Source of the DNA: Aristaeellaceae bacterium
Lineage (GTDB): Bacteria > Bacillota > Clostridia > Christensenellales > Aristaeellaceae
Assembly (NCBI GenBank): GCA_051878085.1
Contig: JBJEJN010000068.1
Location: forward strand, 1-59,964
DNA: 59,964 nt
Reading direction: 5' to 3'
Position numbers and translations under genes: made by a program
Notes under the pieces: generated by a model
The model's input: the letters and a program-made list of their open reading frames with translations, nothing else
Told to the model about the DNA's origin: nothing
The model's database searches: none
Part shown: positions 42,499 through 50,953 of the stretch, in pieces
Position numbering within the stretch: the first letter of the stretch is position 1
How the letters are laid out: each line of letters opens with the position of its first letter

Positions 42499-43311
42499 TT
42501 ACTTGACCGGCCCGAACAGACCCTCGCGATAGGCGCTGATGTACTCCATGCAGTAGTCGTCCATGCCCAGCAGCGCCTCGGTGGCATAGATCAGACCCAT
42601 CATGTCGCGGTTGGTGGGATCGAGAATCGCGCTGTCCAGACCCGCGTTCATCGCCAGCACCGTAAAGCCCAGGTTGATCATCTTGCGCACCGGCAGGTTG
42701 AAGGAGATGTTGCTGACCGCCGCGGTGATGTGGATCGTCGGGTACTTTTCGCGCACCGTGGAGATGACCTCGGTGTTGGTCTCGATGCCGTTTTCAGAGG
42801 TGCAGAGCATCTCCACCAGCGGATCGATGTGGATGCGGTCCGGGCTGATGCCGTACTCCTTCGCCTTGGCCATGATCTTGTCGAACACGCGCAGGCGGTC
42901 GGCGGCGCACTTCGGGATGCCGGTGTCGTCGCTCAGCAGCGCGATCACCTGCCAGCCCTTGTTCTCGGGCTTGGCCATCTCCGGGAAGATCTTGTCGATC
43001 TTGTCGCCCTCGCCGGACACGGAATTGAACAGGCCGGGGCGCTTGCAGAACTTGTAGGCCTGCACCAGCACGTCCGGGCTGGGGCTGTCCACGCTGATGG
43101 GCAGGTCGGTGGCCTCCTGGATGCAGTCGATCATCCACTTGAGGGTCTCCACCTCCTCCGCTTCCGGCACGGAGGCGCAGCAGTCGATGAAGCTTGCTCC
43201 GGCCTCGGCCTGCATGCGCGCGCGGTTCCTGATGAATTCGCTGTCGCGCTTTGCGATGGCTTCCGCGACCACCGGAATGGAGCCGTTGATCTTTTCGCCG
43301 ATGATAATCAT
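42499..43311 (-). CDS. pterin-binding methyltransferase (methyl-tetrahydrofolate:corrinoid methyltransferase, MeTr/MtvA/MtrH-like)
   Basis: 270-aa TIM-barrel pterin-binding motifs: IIGEKING, DSPSPDV, FNSVSGEG and VSNISFNLP. Confidence 0.8.
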   Translation of the reverse strand: MIIIGEKINGSIPVVAEAIAKRDSEFIRNRARMQAEAGASFIDCCASVPEAEEVETLKWMIDCIQEATDLPISVDSPSPDVLVQAYKFCKRPGLFNSVSGEGDKIDKIFPEMAKPENKGWQVIALLSDDTGIPKCAADRLRVFDKIMAKAKEYGISPDRIHIDPLVEMLCTSENGIETNTEVISTVREKYPTIHITAAVSNISFNLPVRKMINLGFTVLAMNAGLDSAILDPTNRDMMGLIYATEALLGMDDYCMEYISAYREGLFGPVK

Positions 43312-43336
43312 AGTTCTTTCCTCCGTATCTGAAAAA

Positions 43337-44857
43337 TCACTGCTTCTGGCCGGACATCAGCGCCATGACGCTCTTCTCGTTCGCCTGCTCATGGCGGATC
43401 GTGCCGGTGATCTTGCCCTCGTAGAGCACCACGATGCGGTCGCACAGGCTGATGTTTTCCTGCATCTCGCTGGAGACCATCACGACGCTCACGCCGGAGG
43501 CTGCCAGCTCGTCAATGATTTCGTAGATTTCGTTCTTCGCACCCACGTCGATGCCCTGGGTGGGCTCGTCCAGGAACAGGATCTTCGGCTCGTTCATCAG
43601 CCAGCGGGCGATGATCGCCTTCTGCTGGTTGCCGCCGGAGAGGTTCACGATGCGCTGCTCCAGGGACGGGGTCTTGACGCGCAGGCGCTCACGGTAGGCC
43701 TGGGCGTGCTCCGCCTCGCTCTTGCTGTTGATGAGTCCCAGGCTCTTGAGCGTGCTGTTGAGCCAGACGATGGTCATGTTGTCCTCGACGGAGAACTTCA
43801 GGTACAGGCCCTGGGTCTTTCGGCCCTCGGGCACCAGACCAAGGCCGTGCTTGATGGCCTCGCTGGTGTTCTTGCGGGTGAGTTCCTCGCCGTTGACGAA
43901 CACCTGGCCGCTGACGCGGGGATCCGCGCCGAACACCGCCTGCAGCACCTCGCTGCGGCCCGCGCCGACCAGGCCCGCCAGGCCCAGCACCTCGCCCTCG
44001 TAGAGGGTGAAGGACACGTCCTCCACCTTGCCCTTGACGCTCAGGTTCTTGACCTCCATCAGCGGCTTGGCCTTGGCGTAGTCATTGTCGTCCATGTAGT
44101 GCGCGCGGGTGTAGCCGCCGCTGTACTCGCGGCCGACCATCATGGAGATCATGTCGGTGATGGTGGTCTCCTTCGTGACCAGCGTGCCGATGTACTTGCC
44201 GTCGCGCAGCACGGTGATGCGGTCGCTGATGCTCATGATCTCGTCCAGCTTGTGGGAGATGTAGAGCATGGTGAAGCCCTTCCTCTTGAGATCGGCCATG
44301 ATCTCGAAGAGCACCTTCGTCTCGTTGGGGGTGAGCGCGCTGGTGGGCTCGTCCAGAATCAGGAAGCGCGCGTTCTGGGAAAGCGCCTTGGCGATTTCCA
44401 CCTGCTGCTGCTGGGAGACGTTGATGTTGCGCACCAGCGTGGAGGGATCCATGTCCTTCAGACCCACCTGGTCCAGCAGCGCGCGGCTGTCGGCGTAGAG
44501 CTTCTTCTTGTCGATCAGGCCGAACCTGCCTTTGGGCTGGCGCGCCTGGAAGATGTTCTCCGCCACGGACAGCGTGTGCGACAGGGACAGCTCCTGGTGG
44601 ATCATGGCGATACCCAGCGCGCTGGCCTCGATGGGCGCGTTGGGGGAAACCTCCTTGCCGTCGAAGATGATCTTGCCGGAGGTGGGCTTGTACACGCCGG
44701 AGAGTATGTTCATCAGCGTGGACTTGCCAGCGCCGTTTTCGCCCACGATCGCGTGGATCTCGCCCTCGCGCACGTCAAAGTTCACATCATCGAGCGCCTT
44801 TACGCCGGGGAATTCCTTGCAAACATGGGAAATACTGCAAATTATCTTTTCGCTCAT
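43337..44857 (-). CDS. monosaccharide-type (CUT2) ABC transporter ATP-binding protein with tandem ABC domains
   Basis: First domain has Walker A GENGAGKST. The second domain has a degenerate Walker A (GLVGAGRSE), signature LSGGNQQK and FLDEPTQG, which is the RbsA/MglA/XylG architecture. Confidence 0.9.
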   Translation of the reverse strand: MSEKIICSISHVCKEFPGVKALDDVNFDVREGEIHAIVGENGAGKSTLMNILSGVYKPTSGKIIFDGKEVSPNAPIEASALGIAMIHQELSLSHTLSVAENIFQARQPKGRFGLIDKKKLYADSRALLDQVGLKDMDPSTLVRNINVSQQQQVEIAKALSQNARFLILDEPTSALTPNETKVLFEIMADLKRKGFTMLYISHKLDEIMSISDRITVLRDGKYIGTLVTKETTITDMISMMVGREYSGGYTRAHYMDDNDYAKAKPLMEVKNLSVKGKVEDVSFTLYEGEVLGLAGLVGAGRSEVLQAVFGADPRVSGQVFVNGEELTRKNTSEAIKHGLGLVPEGRKTQGLYLKFSVEDNMTIVWLNSTLKSLGLINSKSEAEHAQAYRERLRVKTPSLEQRIVNLSGGNQQKAIIARWLMNEPKILFLDEPTQGIDVGAKNEIYEIIDELAASGVSVVMVSSEMQENISLCDRIVVLYEGKITGTIRHEQANEKSVMALMSGQKQ

Positions 44858-44878
44858 CGCTCTTTCCTCCCTATTGTT

Positions 44879-44933
44879 TTGCGCCTCTACCGACGCACGC
44901 GAAGCGCGTCCGCGTGCATTGGTGGAGGCGCAA
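44879..44933 (-). other. intercistronic stem-loop after the CUT2 binding-protein gene
   Basis: Outer stem ttgcgcctc...gaggcgcaa encloses an inner stem gcacgc...gcgtgc. Confidence 0.55.
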
Positions 44934-44960
44934 GGCCTCCATTGGACGTATCGTCCGGTC

Positions 44961-45941
44961 TTAGCGAGGATAGTACTCGGCGACGTTGTCGGGAGTGACG
45001 ACGTCCATCTTGGTCCACTCGTTGCCGGTGACAGCCTCTTCGCCGGTGATCACAGCGTTGTAGGCGAAGATGACCGGGTCAGCGCCCTGGCCGAAGGGAT
45101 CCTGGCCGATGGTCGCGCCGACGATGCCGTCGTACAGAGCGTCCACGATCTCATCCATGAAGTCGAAGCAGACGTACTGGACCTGGCCCGCCATGCCCAT
45201 GTCCTTGATGGCCTCGATGACGCCCAGCTGGCCGCCGGCGGTCTGATAGATGCCCTTCAGGTCGGGGTTGGCAGTCAGGAAGTCCTTGACCTGGGTGTAG
45301 GCCTCGTCGCCGGAGTCGTGGCACTCGGTCTCGCCGACGATCTCGATGCCCTCGTACTTCTCCAGGGAAGCCAGGCCGCCGGTGCGGCGCAGCTCATGCG
45401 CGGGAACGGAGAACAGGCCGGTGATGACGGCAACCTTGCCCTCGCCGCCCATCAGCTGAGCCAGGGTTTCGCCGGCCAGCTCGCCAGCGCCGTACAGATC
45501 CTGGCCATGGAAGGCGATGCGGCTGCACTCTTCGCTGGTGTCGGAGTTGAAGGTGTAAACCTTGATGCCGGCCTCAGTGGCGCGATCCACTGCGGGGATG
45601 ATGGCGTCGGAAACGCCGACGGTGCAGATTGCGTCATACTCCATGATGATGCAGTTGTCGATGGCGTCCGCGAACTGCTGGGCGTCGAAGTCCTCGATGG
45701 TCTGGATGTCGACGGTGCAGTTGTACTTCTTCATGGTCTCCTGGATGGCCTTCGCGCCGGACTCAACGTCGACCCAGAAGGGGTTGTTGTTGACCATCAG
45801 AACAGCGATGCGGACTTCCTTGCCCTCGGTGTTCTCAGCGATTTCATAGTTGAAACCTTCGTCGACATAGGTCACTTCTGCAACGGCGATGCAGCCGAGC
45901 ATCAGAACCAGGGCTACCAACAGGGACAGGATCTTCTTCAT
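44961..45941 (-). CDS. monosaccharide-type (CUT2) ABC substrate-binding lipoprotein (RbsB-like, type I PBP)
   Basis: Lipobox LMLGC, then IAVLMVNNNPFW, typical of ribose/inositol-type binding proteins. The ATG at 45941 follows AAAGGAGGAAAA. Confidence 0.85.
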   Translation of the reverse strand: MKKILSLLVALVLMLGCIAVAEVTYVDEGFNYEIAENTEGKEVRIAVLMVNNNPFWVDVESGAKAIQETMKKYNCTVDIQTIEDFDAQQFADAIDNCIIMEYDAICTVGVSDAIIPAVDRATEAGIKVYTFNSDTSEECSRIAFHGQDLYGAGELAGETLAQLMGGEGKVAVITGLFSVPAHELRRTGGLASLEKYEGIEIVGETECHDSGDEAYTQVKDFLTANPDLKGIYQTAGGQLGVIEAIKDMGMAGQVQYVCFDFMDEIVDALYDGIVGATIGQDPFGQGADPVIFAYNAVITGEEAVTGNEWTKMDVVTPDNVAEYYPR

Positions 45942-45990
45942 GGTTTTTTCCTCCTTTTTATGTGCAGGGGGCGCTTTCTCCCCCGGCAAA

Positions 45991-46959
45991 TCAGGCTTTG
46001 CGGGTGCCGGTGCGCACCTTGTCGATGGTGACGGCGGCGATGATGACGATACCGATGACGATGGACTGCCAGTAGGCGGAGATGCGCAGCAGCACGAAGG
46101 CGTTCTTCAGGATGCCGATGATTGCGGCGCCCAGCAGGGAGCCCCAGATCGTGCCTTCGCCGCCGGACATTGCCACGCCGCCGATGACGACCGCCGCGAT
46201 GGTGTCGGTCTCATAGCCGGTACCCAGCGTGGCGTCCGCGCTGGACAGGTTGCCCGCGACGATCACGCCGCACAGCGCGCACAGCGTGCTGGTGATGACG
46301 TAGGTCAGGGTCTTGAGCGCCTTGACGTTGATGCCCGACAGCTGGGCGGTGCGCTCGTTGTTGCCGATCGCGTAGATGTTGCGGCCGGTGAGGGTCTTCT
46401 GGGCGAAGATGCTGCCCAGAAGAATGGTCAGGAGCATCACAATGACCGCGACCGGGATCGGGCCGATGTAGCCCTTGCCCAGCCAGGACAGGCTGGACTG
46501 GAACTTGATCGGGCGACCCTGGGTCAGCAGCAGCGTGCAGCCGCTGAGGATCTTACCCATGGCCATGGTGACGATGAAGGGAACCAGATTGACCCGGGTG
46601 ACCAGCAGGCCGTTCACCAGGCCGATCACGGCGCCGATGAGCAGGGTCAGCGGCAGCACCACGAACCACGGCAGCGCCATCGCAGAGGAGAAGTAGGCGC
46701 ACAGGCTGGCGGTGAGACCGACCACATAGCCGACGGAGAGGTCGATGCCGCCGGCGATGATGACCAGCGCCATGCCCACGGACACGATGCCGTAGCGCGA
46801 AATCTGGTTGAGAATGTTGAAGATGTTGCTTACCTTCAGGAAGTACTCGCTCAGGAAGCTCATCAGCACGCAGAGCACAACCAGACCAACAAAGATGCTG
46901 AACTCGCTTCTGCTGGTGATCCGCTTCCAAAGCGACCTGTTCGCGGTGTTTTCTTTCAT
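45991..46959 (-). CDS. monosaccharide-type (CUT2) ABC permease (RbsC-like)
   Basis: 322-aa polytopic protein of the BPD_transp_2 type (GGIDLSVGY motif). Confidence 0.85.
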   Translation of the reverse strand: MKENTANRSLWKRITSRSEFSIFVGLVVLCVLMSFLSEYFLKVSNIFNILNQISRYGIVSVGMALVIIAGGIDLSVGYVVGLTASLCAYFSSAMALPWFVVLPLTLLIGAVIGLVNGLLVTRVNLVPFIVTMAMGKILSGCTLLLTQGRPIKFQSSLSWLGKGYIGPIPVAVIVMLLTILLGSIFAQKTLTGRNIYAIGNNERTAQLSGINVKALKTLTYVITSTLCALCGVIVAGNLSSADATLGTGYETDTIAAVVIGGVAMSGGEGTIWGSLLGAAIIGILKNAFVLLRISAYWQSIVIGIVIIAAVTIDKVRTGTRKA

Positions 46960-46971
46960 GCTTACAGCCCC

Positions 46972-48252
46972 TTATTTCGCAATCTTTGCGTTGTAGTCCT
47001 TCACGGCCTGGAACATGGCCAGCATGTTCTCCATGGGCGTCTGGCCCTGGATGTTGTGCACGGTGTTGAACACGAAGCCGCCGCCGGGCGCGAAGATCTC
47101 CAGGCGCTCCATGGCCTCGTTGTAGCACTCCTCGGGCGTGCCGAAGGGCAGCGTCTGCTGGGTGTTGATTCCGCCGCCCCAGAATACAAACTTGTCGCCC
47201 CACTGCTCCTTGAGCATGTGCGGATCCATGCCGGCAGCGGTGGTCTGCACGGGGTTGAGGATGTCGATGCCGCACTCGTGGAAGTCCTTCAGGAAGGTGA
47301 CGATGGAGCCGCAGGAATGGAAGAAGGTCTTCCACTCGGTGTGCTCGTGGATCCAGCCGTTGATCCTGGCGTAGACCGGCTTGTAGAACTCCTGGAAGGC
47401 CTCGAGCGCCATGTACGGGCCGCGCTGCAGGCCGAAGTCGGTGCCGGAGATGTACACGGCCTGAATCTTGTTGCCCACGGCCTGGTACAGCAGCTCGGCG
47501 TTCTTCAGGGCAACCTCCAGCTGCATCTCGTAGATCTCGTGGATGTAGTCGGGATCCAGGTGGTGCACCATCATGAACTCCTGCAGGTCGCGGATGCCCT
47601 TGGGATCGCAGACGTGCGGGCCGGGAACCAGCGCGAAGTCGCCGATGCCGCACAGCGCGCCGTTGTAGATCATGCCGTAGCCGGTGTTCTCGTAGATGTT
47701 GTTGACGTCGTCCTGGATGAAGCGCAGCTCCTCGTCGGTGAAGACCTTGAAGTCGTCCTTGTAGTCCTCGCGGGCGTTCAGGTCGTCATCCTCGGCGGTG
47801 GCGTTGCTGCGGGTGATGTTGTCAAAGAAGAAGCCGTCCTTGGGCATCTTGCCCGCCGGGGGATAGTTGGTGTTGCCCTGGGCGTAGATGTAGGTGTTGC
47901 CGCGCTCGTCGGTGGTGGTGCGGAACTCCTCGGAGACCAGCATCTTAAGTCCGTTGTGCAGCGTCCATTCCTTCCAGTCGCGGTTCTTGTAGCCGAAGAT
48001 GGTGTAGCCGTTGTTGACGCCGATCACGCCCGCGCCAACCGCCTGGCGCAGATCCTCGTCCACGCGGCCCAGCAGCTGCAGCGGCTCGTCCATGACCGGG
48101 GTGATGTCCTCCAGGCCCAGGCCCTTGCGCAGCTTCACCAGGGCGTTGATGTTGATGCCGGTGATGGAAGTGGAACCCAGATCGACCACGACCTGGCCGG
48201 GATCACGGTGGTTGAGCGTATCGATCAGGCGCTCCCGATAAGTCTTACCCAT
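46972..48252 (-). CDS. uroporphyrinogen-decarboxylase (URO-D) family methyltransferase (MtaA/CmuA/MtvB-like)
   Basis: 426 aa. The C-terminal half carries FFHSCGSI (H-x-C Zn motif of the family), ILNPVQ, FWGGGI and FVFNTVHNIQ. It is the first structural gene of the operon. AGGAGGAGGAG precedes the ATG. Confidence 0.75.
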   Translation of the reverse strand: MGKTYRERLIDTLNHRDPGQVVVDLGSTSITGININALVKLRKGLGLEDITPVMDEPLQLLGRVDEDLRQAVGAGVIGVNNGYTIFGYKNRDWKEWTLHNGLKMLVSEEFRTTTDERGNTYIYAQGNTNYPPAGKMPKDGFFFDNITRSNATAEDDDLNAREDYKDDFKVFTDEELRFIQDDVNNIYENTGYGMIYNGALCGIGDFALVPGPHVCDPKGIRDLQEFMMVHHLDPDYIHEIYEMQLEVALKNAELLYQAVGNKIQAVYISGTDFGLQRGPYMALEAFQEFYKPVYARINGWIHEHTEWKTFFHSCGSIVTFLKDFHECGIDILNPVQTTAAGMDPHMLKEQWGDKFVFWGGGINTQQTLPFGTPEECYNEAMERLEIFAPGGGFVFNTVHNIQGQTPMENMLAMFQAVKDYNAKIAK

Positions 48253-48276
48253 TTAAATCTCCTCCTCCTGACGGAT

Positions 48277-48294
48277 TCCGTGCTCGTGCACGAA
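48277..48294. promoter_or_regulatory. candidate LacI-family operator, site 1 (between promoter region and the URO-D methyltransferase start)
   Basis: Sequence tccgtgctcgtgcacgaa. It is an 18-bp near-palindrome with a central CG. The 14-nt core cgtgcacgagcacg is shared with sites 2 and 3 (inverted here). It lies 25-42 nt upstream of the ATG at 48252. Confidence 0.6.
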
Positions 48295-48330
48295 TTTGAT
48301 TTAGCATTGCGCAGCTATGTAAAGGGCAAA

Positions 48331-48359
48331 ATTAAGATTTTTGCCTCAACGCTGTTCAA
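48331..48359 (-). promoter_or_regulatory. weak candidate sigma-70-type promoter for the methyltransferase/ABC operon
   Basis: Minus strand reads TTGAAC-17 nt-CTTAAT. Operator site 1 would lie in the leader. Read-through from the lacI gene is an alternative. Confidence 0.3.
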
Positions 48360-48439
48360 AAAAGCGGAATTTGTCAGAATTTCTGCTCGTGCCTTGTGAA
48401 CCGGCACAAATTTGTGTCGTGCACTTTGCTTGCACATCT

Positions 48440-48457
48440 TCCGTGCACGAGCACGAA
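48440..48457. promoter_or_regulatory. candidate LacI-family operator, site 2
   Basis: Sequence tccgtgcacgagcacgaa, located 44 nt downstream of the lacI-family gene stop. Confidence 0.55.
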
Positions 48458-48500
48458 TCTGACCCGGAAAAAATCGCACAGTCAGCTGTTGCGATCCTTT

Positions 48501-49577
48501 CTATCCCCGGTTCATGGAGTACATGCCTGTGAACACCTCGTAGCCCTTCAGGGAGATGTTCTCCCGGGAGCGGATGTCGATGCCGGTAAACAGGCGGTTG
48601 AGCTTCGGCTTTTTGCCGAACATGTGATAATCACGGAAAATTTCAATGGGCATGTAGCCCTGGACAAAGGCCTCCTGGCCGATGGTGAAGTCCACCACGC
48701 GCTCCTTGACGTAGCGGATGGTCTCGGGCAGCGTATCGTGGCAGATCATGTGGATTTTGCCCGCCTGCCCGGACTGCGCCAGTGCGCGCGCCGCCGCCTG
48801 CTGACCGCCGCCGGCCGTGTAGATGCCGACCAGCTCCTTCTCCCGATGAATCAGATCCCTCACGATATCGTAGGCCTTTTCCTCGGATTCATAGGTCATG
48901 TACGGCCCGATCATCTCGATGTCGCTGCGGCGCTCCTCGTCGAACACCTGGCAGAAGCCCCGGACGCGCTCGATGTGCGCCAGAAAGTCCATCTGGCTGA
49001 TGAGCAGCGCCATTTTTCCGCTCTCCCGGGCGACCATCGACATCAGCTGTCCCGCCGTGCGGCCCGCCATGATGTGGTCGTTGCCCACGAAGCACATGCG
49101 CTTCGTGCCGGAGATGTCGCTGTTGAATGTGATGACGGGGATGCTCTCCGGCAGCCGGTTGATGCGCTCGCGGATGCGCTGGTCCTCGATGGGCACCAGC
49201 ATGATGCCGCAGACGTTCATGTCCTCCAGCCGGTCGATGCAGCCGAGCTGCTCCTCCACCGTCACGTGCTCCATCGTCAGCTTGACGACCTCCATGCCGT
49301 AGGTGGCGGCCATCTTGGAGGCCTCATCGATGCCGGAGTTGACGTCGATGTAGAAGGGGTTCGCCTCGCTGGGCACGATCGCGCCGATGCGGAATGCGTT
49401 CTGCATGCCGCGCAGCGCCTGCGCCATGGCGTTGGGCTTGTAGTCCAGCTCCTGCATCACGGCAAGCACGCGCGCGCGCGTTTTCGGGTCCACGCCATAG
49501 CGACCGTGAATCACGCGGTCAACCGTGCCCCGGGAAACATTTGCGACTTCTGCAATCTGCTTGAGCGTACTCGCCAT
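48501..49577 (-). CDS. LacI-family transcriptional regulator
   Basis: N-terminal HTH LKQIAEVANVSRGTVDRVIHG...YKPNAMAQALRG, plus a periplasmic-binding-protein-like sugar-sensor domain. Confidence 0.9.
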   Translation of the reverse strand: MASTLKQIAEVANVSRGTVDRVIHGRYGVDPKTRARVLAVMQELDYKPNAMAQALRGMQNAFRIGAIVPSEANPFYIDVNSGIDEASKMAATYGMEVVKLTMEHVTVEEQLGCIDRLEDMNVCGIMLVPIEDQRIRERINRLPESIPVITFNSDISGTKRMCFVGNDHIMAGRTAGQLMSMVARESGKMALLISQMDFLAHIERVRGFCQVFDEERRSDIEMIGPYMTYESEEKAYDIVRDLIHREKELVGIYTAGGGQQAAARALAQSGQAGKIHMICHDTLPETIRYVKERVVDFTIGQEAFVQGYMPIEIFRDYHMFGKKPKLNRLFTGIDIRSRENISLKGYEVFTGMYSMNRG

Positions 49578-49599
49578 TCTATCACCGTAACATTTGCGA

Positions 49600-49617
49600 T
49601 CCGTGCACGAGCACGGA
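49600..49617. promoter_or_regulatory. candidate LacI-family operator, site 3 (autoregulatory position)
   Basis: Sequence tccgtgcacgagcacgga, with 16 of 18 positions symmetric about the central CG. It lies between the predicted lacI promoter (49647-49675) and the lacI ATG (49577). Confidence 0.6.
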
Positions 49618-49646
49618 ATGAAATAAACAATTCATTTTGTACACAA

Positions 49647-49675
49647 ATATTACCACACACATAACGGTATGTCAA
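49647..49675 (-). promoter_or_regulatory. sigma-70-type promoter of the LacI-family regulator gene
   Basis: Minus strand reads TTGACA-17 nt-TAATAT. Confidence 0.65.
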
Positions 49676-49900
49676 GCACAATTTTAACCTTTTTTCAGAT
49701 TTTTTCCAATTCATGCATGATTTGGTCGCATAACGGGCCGAAATCGCGAAAAATGCGCTTCCGAAACCCGCCTTGCAGCATCTTTTCTTAACATTCCAGC
49801 AGGAAAAACGCGCGTCCACGGCGAAGCTATGATGAACGTGAACATCCGGCCAAGGCACGAGGCACGGAAAAAACTGCACGGAAAACGGAGGGACAGAAGC

Positions 49901-50908
49901 ATGATCGGAGGAAACCGGCGCGGAATATTTGGTGTGCACGGGCGGTTGCGACGCATGATCTGCGGCGCGCTGGCGGCGACGCTGCTGGCTGCGGCGTGCG
50001 TTGCGGAGCCGGAGCTGCGCCCGGAGAACATCCGCGCGACGGCGGAATATCTGTGCAACGAAATCGGCTGTCGGCCGGCGGGCTCGGCGGCGGAGCGCAG
50101 CGCCTGCGACCATCTGGCGCTTCAATTGGAGGCGCTGGGCTTCTCCCCGGCGGATGGCACGCTGCTGCGCAGCGCGTTTGATGGCCTGCAGGGCATGCGG
50201 AGCGAAAACCTGACGGCGGTCTGCAACGGCGGGCGCGACGAGCTGCCGCTGGTCAGCATCGTGGCCCACTACGACAGCGTCGCAACGTCTCCGGGCGCGC
50301 GGGACAACGCCGCCGCCGTGGGCATCCTGCTGGAGCTCGCCCGGGTGCTGGGCCGGGAGGCAGCGCTGCCCTGCGAGATCCGCATGGTCTTTCTCGGCTC
50401 GGAGGAGAACGGCTACCACGGCGCGAAGGCCTACGTGCAGAGCCTGACGGAACAGGATCGGGCGCGGCACATCGCGGCGTTCAACATGGACATCAGCGCG
50501 GCCTCGCCCTCTGACGCTGCGGAGCCGGTGATCTTCATCCTGGGCGGACAGCTGCCGGACGGGCGCTATGCCGACGCGGAGTTTCTGCCCGCGTGCACCA
50601 ACTCGGTCGCCGATGCTGCGGCCCAGGCCTGGGCTGCGGCCCATGGGGAGACGCTCCCCATCTTCGTCTACGGCGAGAGCGACCACGTCCGCTTTCATGA
50701 GGCGGAGCTGGAGGCCGTGAACCTGTGCATGCGGCGGCTGGAGGATGGGCTGCCCCGCCTGCCGGAGAGCTATCATCAGATGCACGATCTGCCGGAGGAG
50801 CTGGATTACGACGGGGCGGCGCAGCTCGGCGCGTGCATACTGGACGCGATCGCTCTGCTGTGCGCGCCGGCGGAGGTGGACGGAACAGAATCCAGCAGCG
50901 GCACTTGA
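49901..50908 (+). CDS. M28-family metallopeptidase (aminopeptidase-like), probable lipoprotein
   Basis: Signal/lipobox LLAAAC, then metal-ligand regions VAHYDS, ARDNAAAVG and FLGSEENGYHGAKAY. The ATG at 49901 follows GGAGGGA; alternative starts lie at 49829 and 49955. Confidence 0.75.
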   Translation: MIGGNRRGIFGVHGRLRRMICGALAATLLAAACVAEPELRPENIRATAEYLCNEIGCRPAGSAAERSACDHLALQLEALGFSPADGTLLRSAFDGLQGMRSENLTAVCNGGRDELPLVSIVAHYDSVATSPGARDNAAAVGILLELARVLGREAALPCEIRMVFLGSEENGYHGAKAYVQSLTEQDRARHIAAFNMDISAASPSDAAEPVIFILGGQLPDGRYADAEFLPACTNSVADAAAQAWAAAHGETLPIFVYGESDHVRFHEAELEAVNLCMRRLEDGLPRLPESYHQMHDLPEELDYDGAAQLGACILDAIALLCAPAEVDGTESSSGT

Positions 50909-50953
50909 TTTTCCTTCAACCCTGATCTATAATAGGTTTAGGGGGCGATACAC

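Noticed and set aside
48253-48500. Looked for a cobalamin riboswitch upstream of the corrinoid-methyltransferase operon.
   Set aside because: There is no B12-box-like sequence or multi-helix junction. The region is instead explained by the palindromic LacI-type operators.
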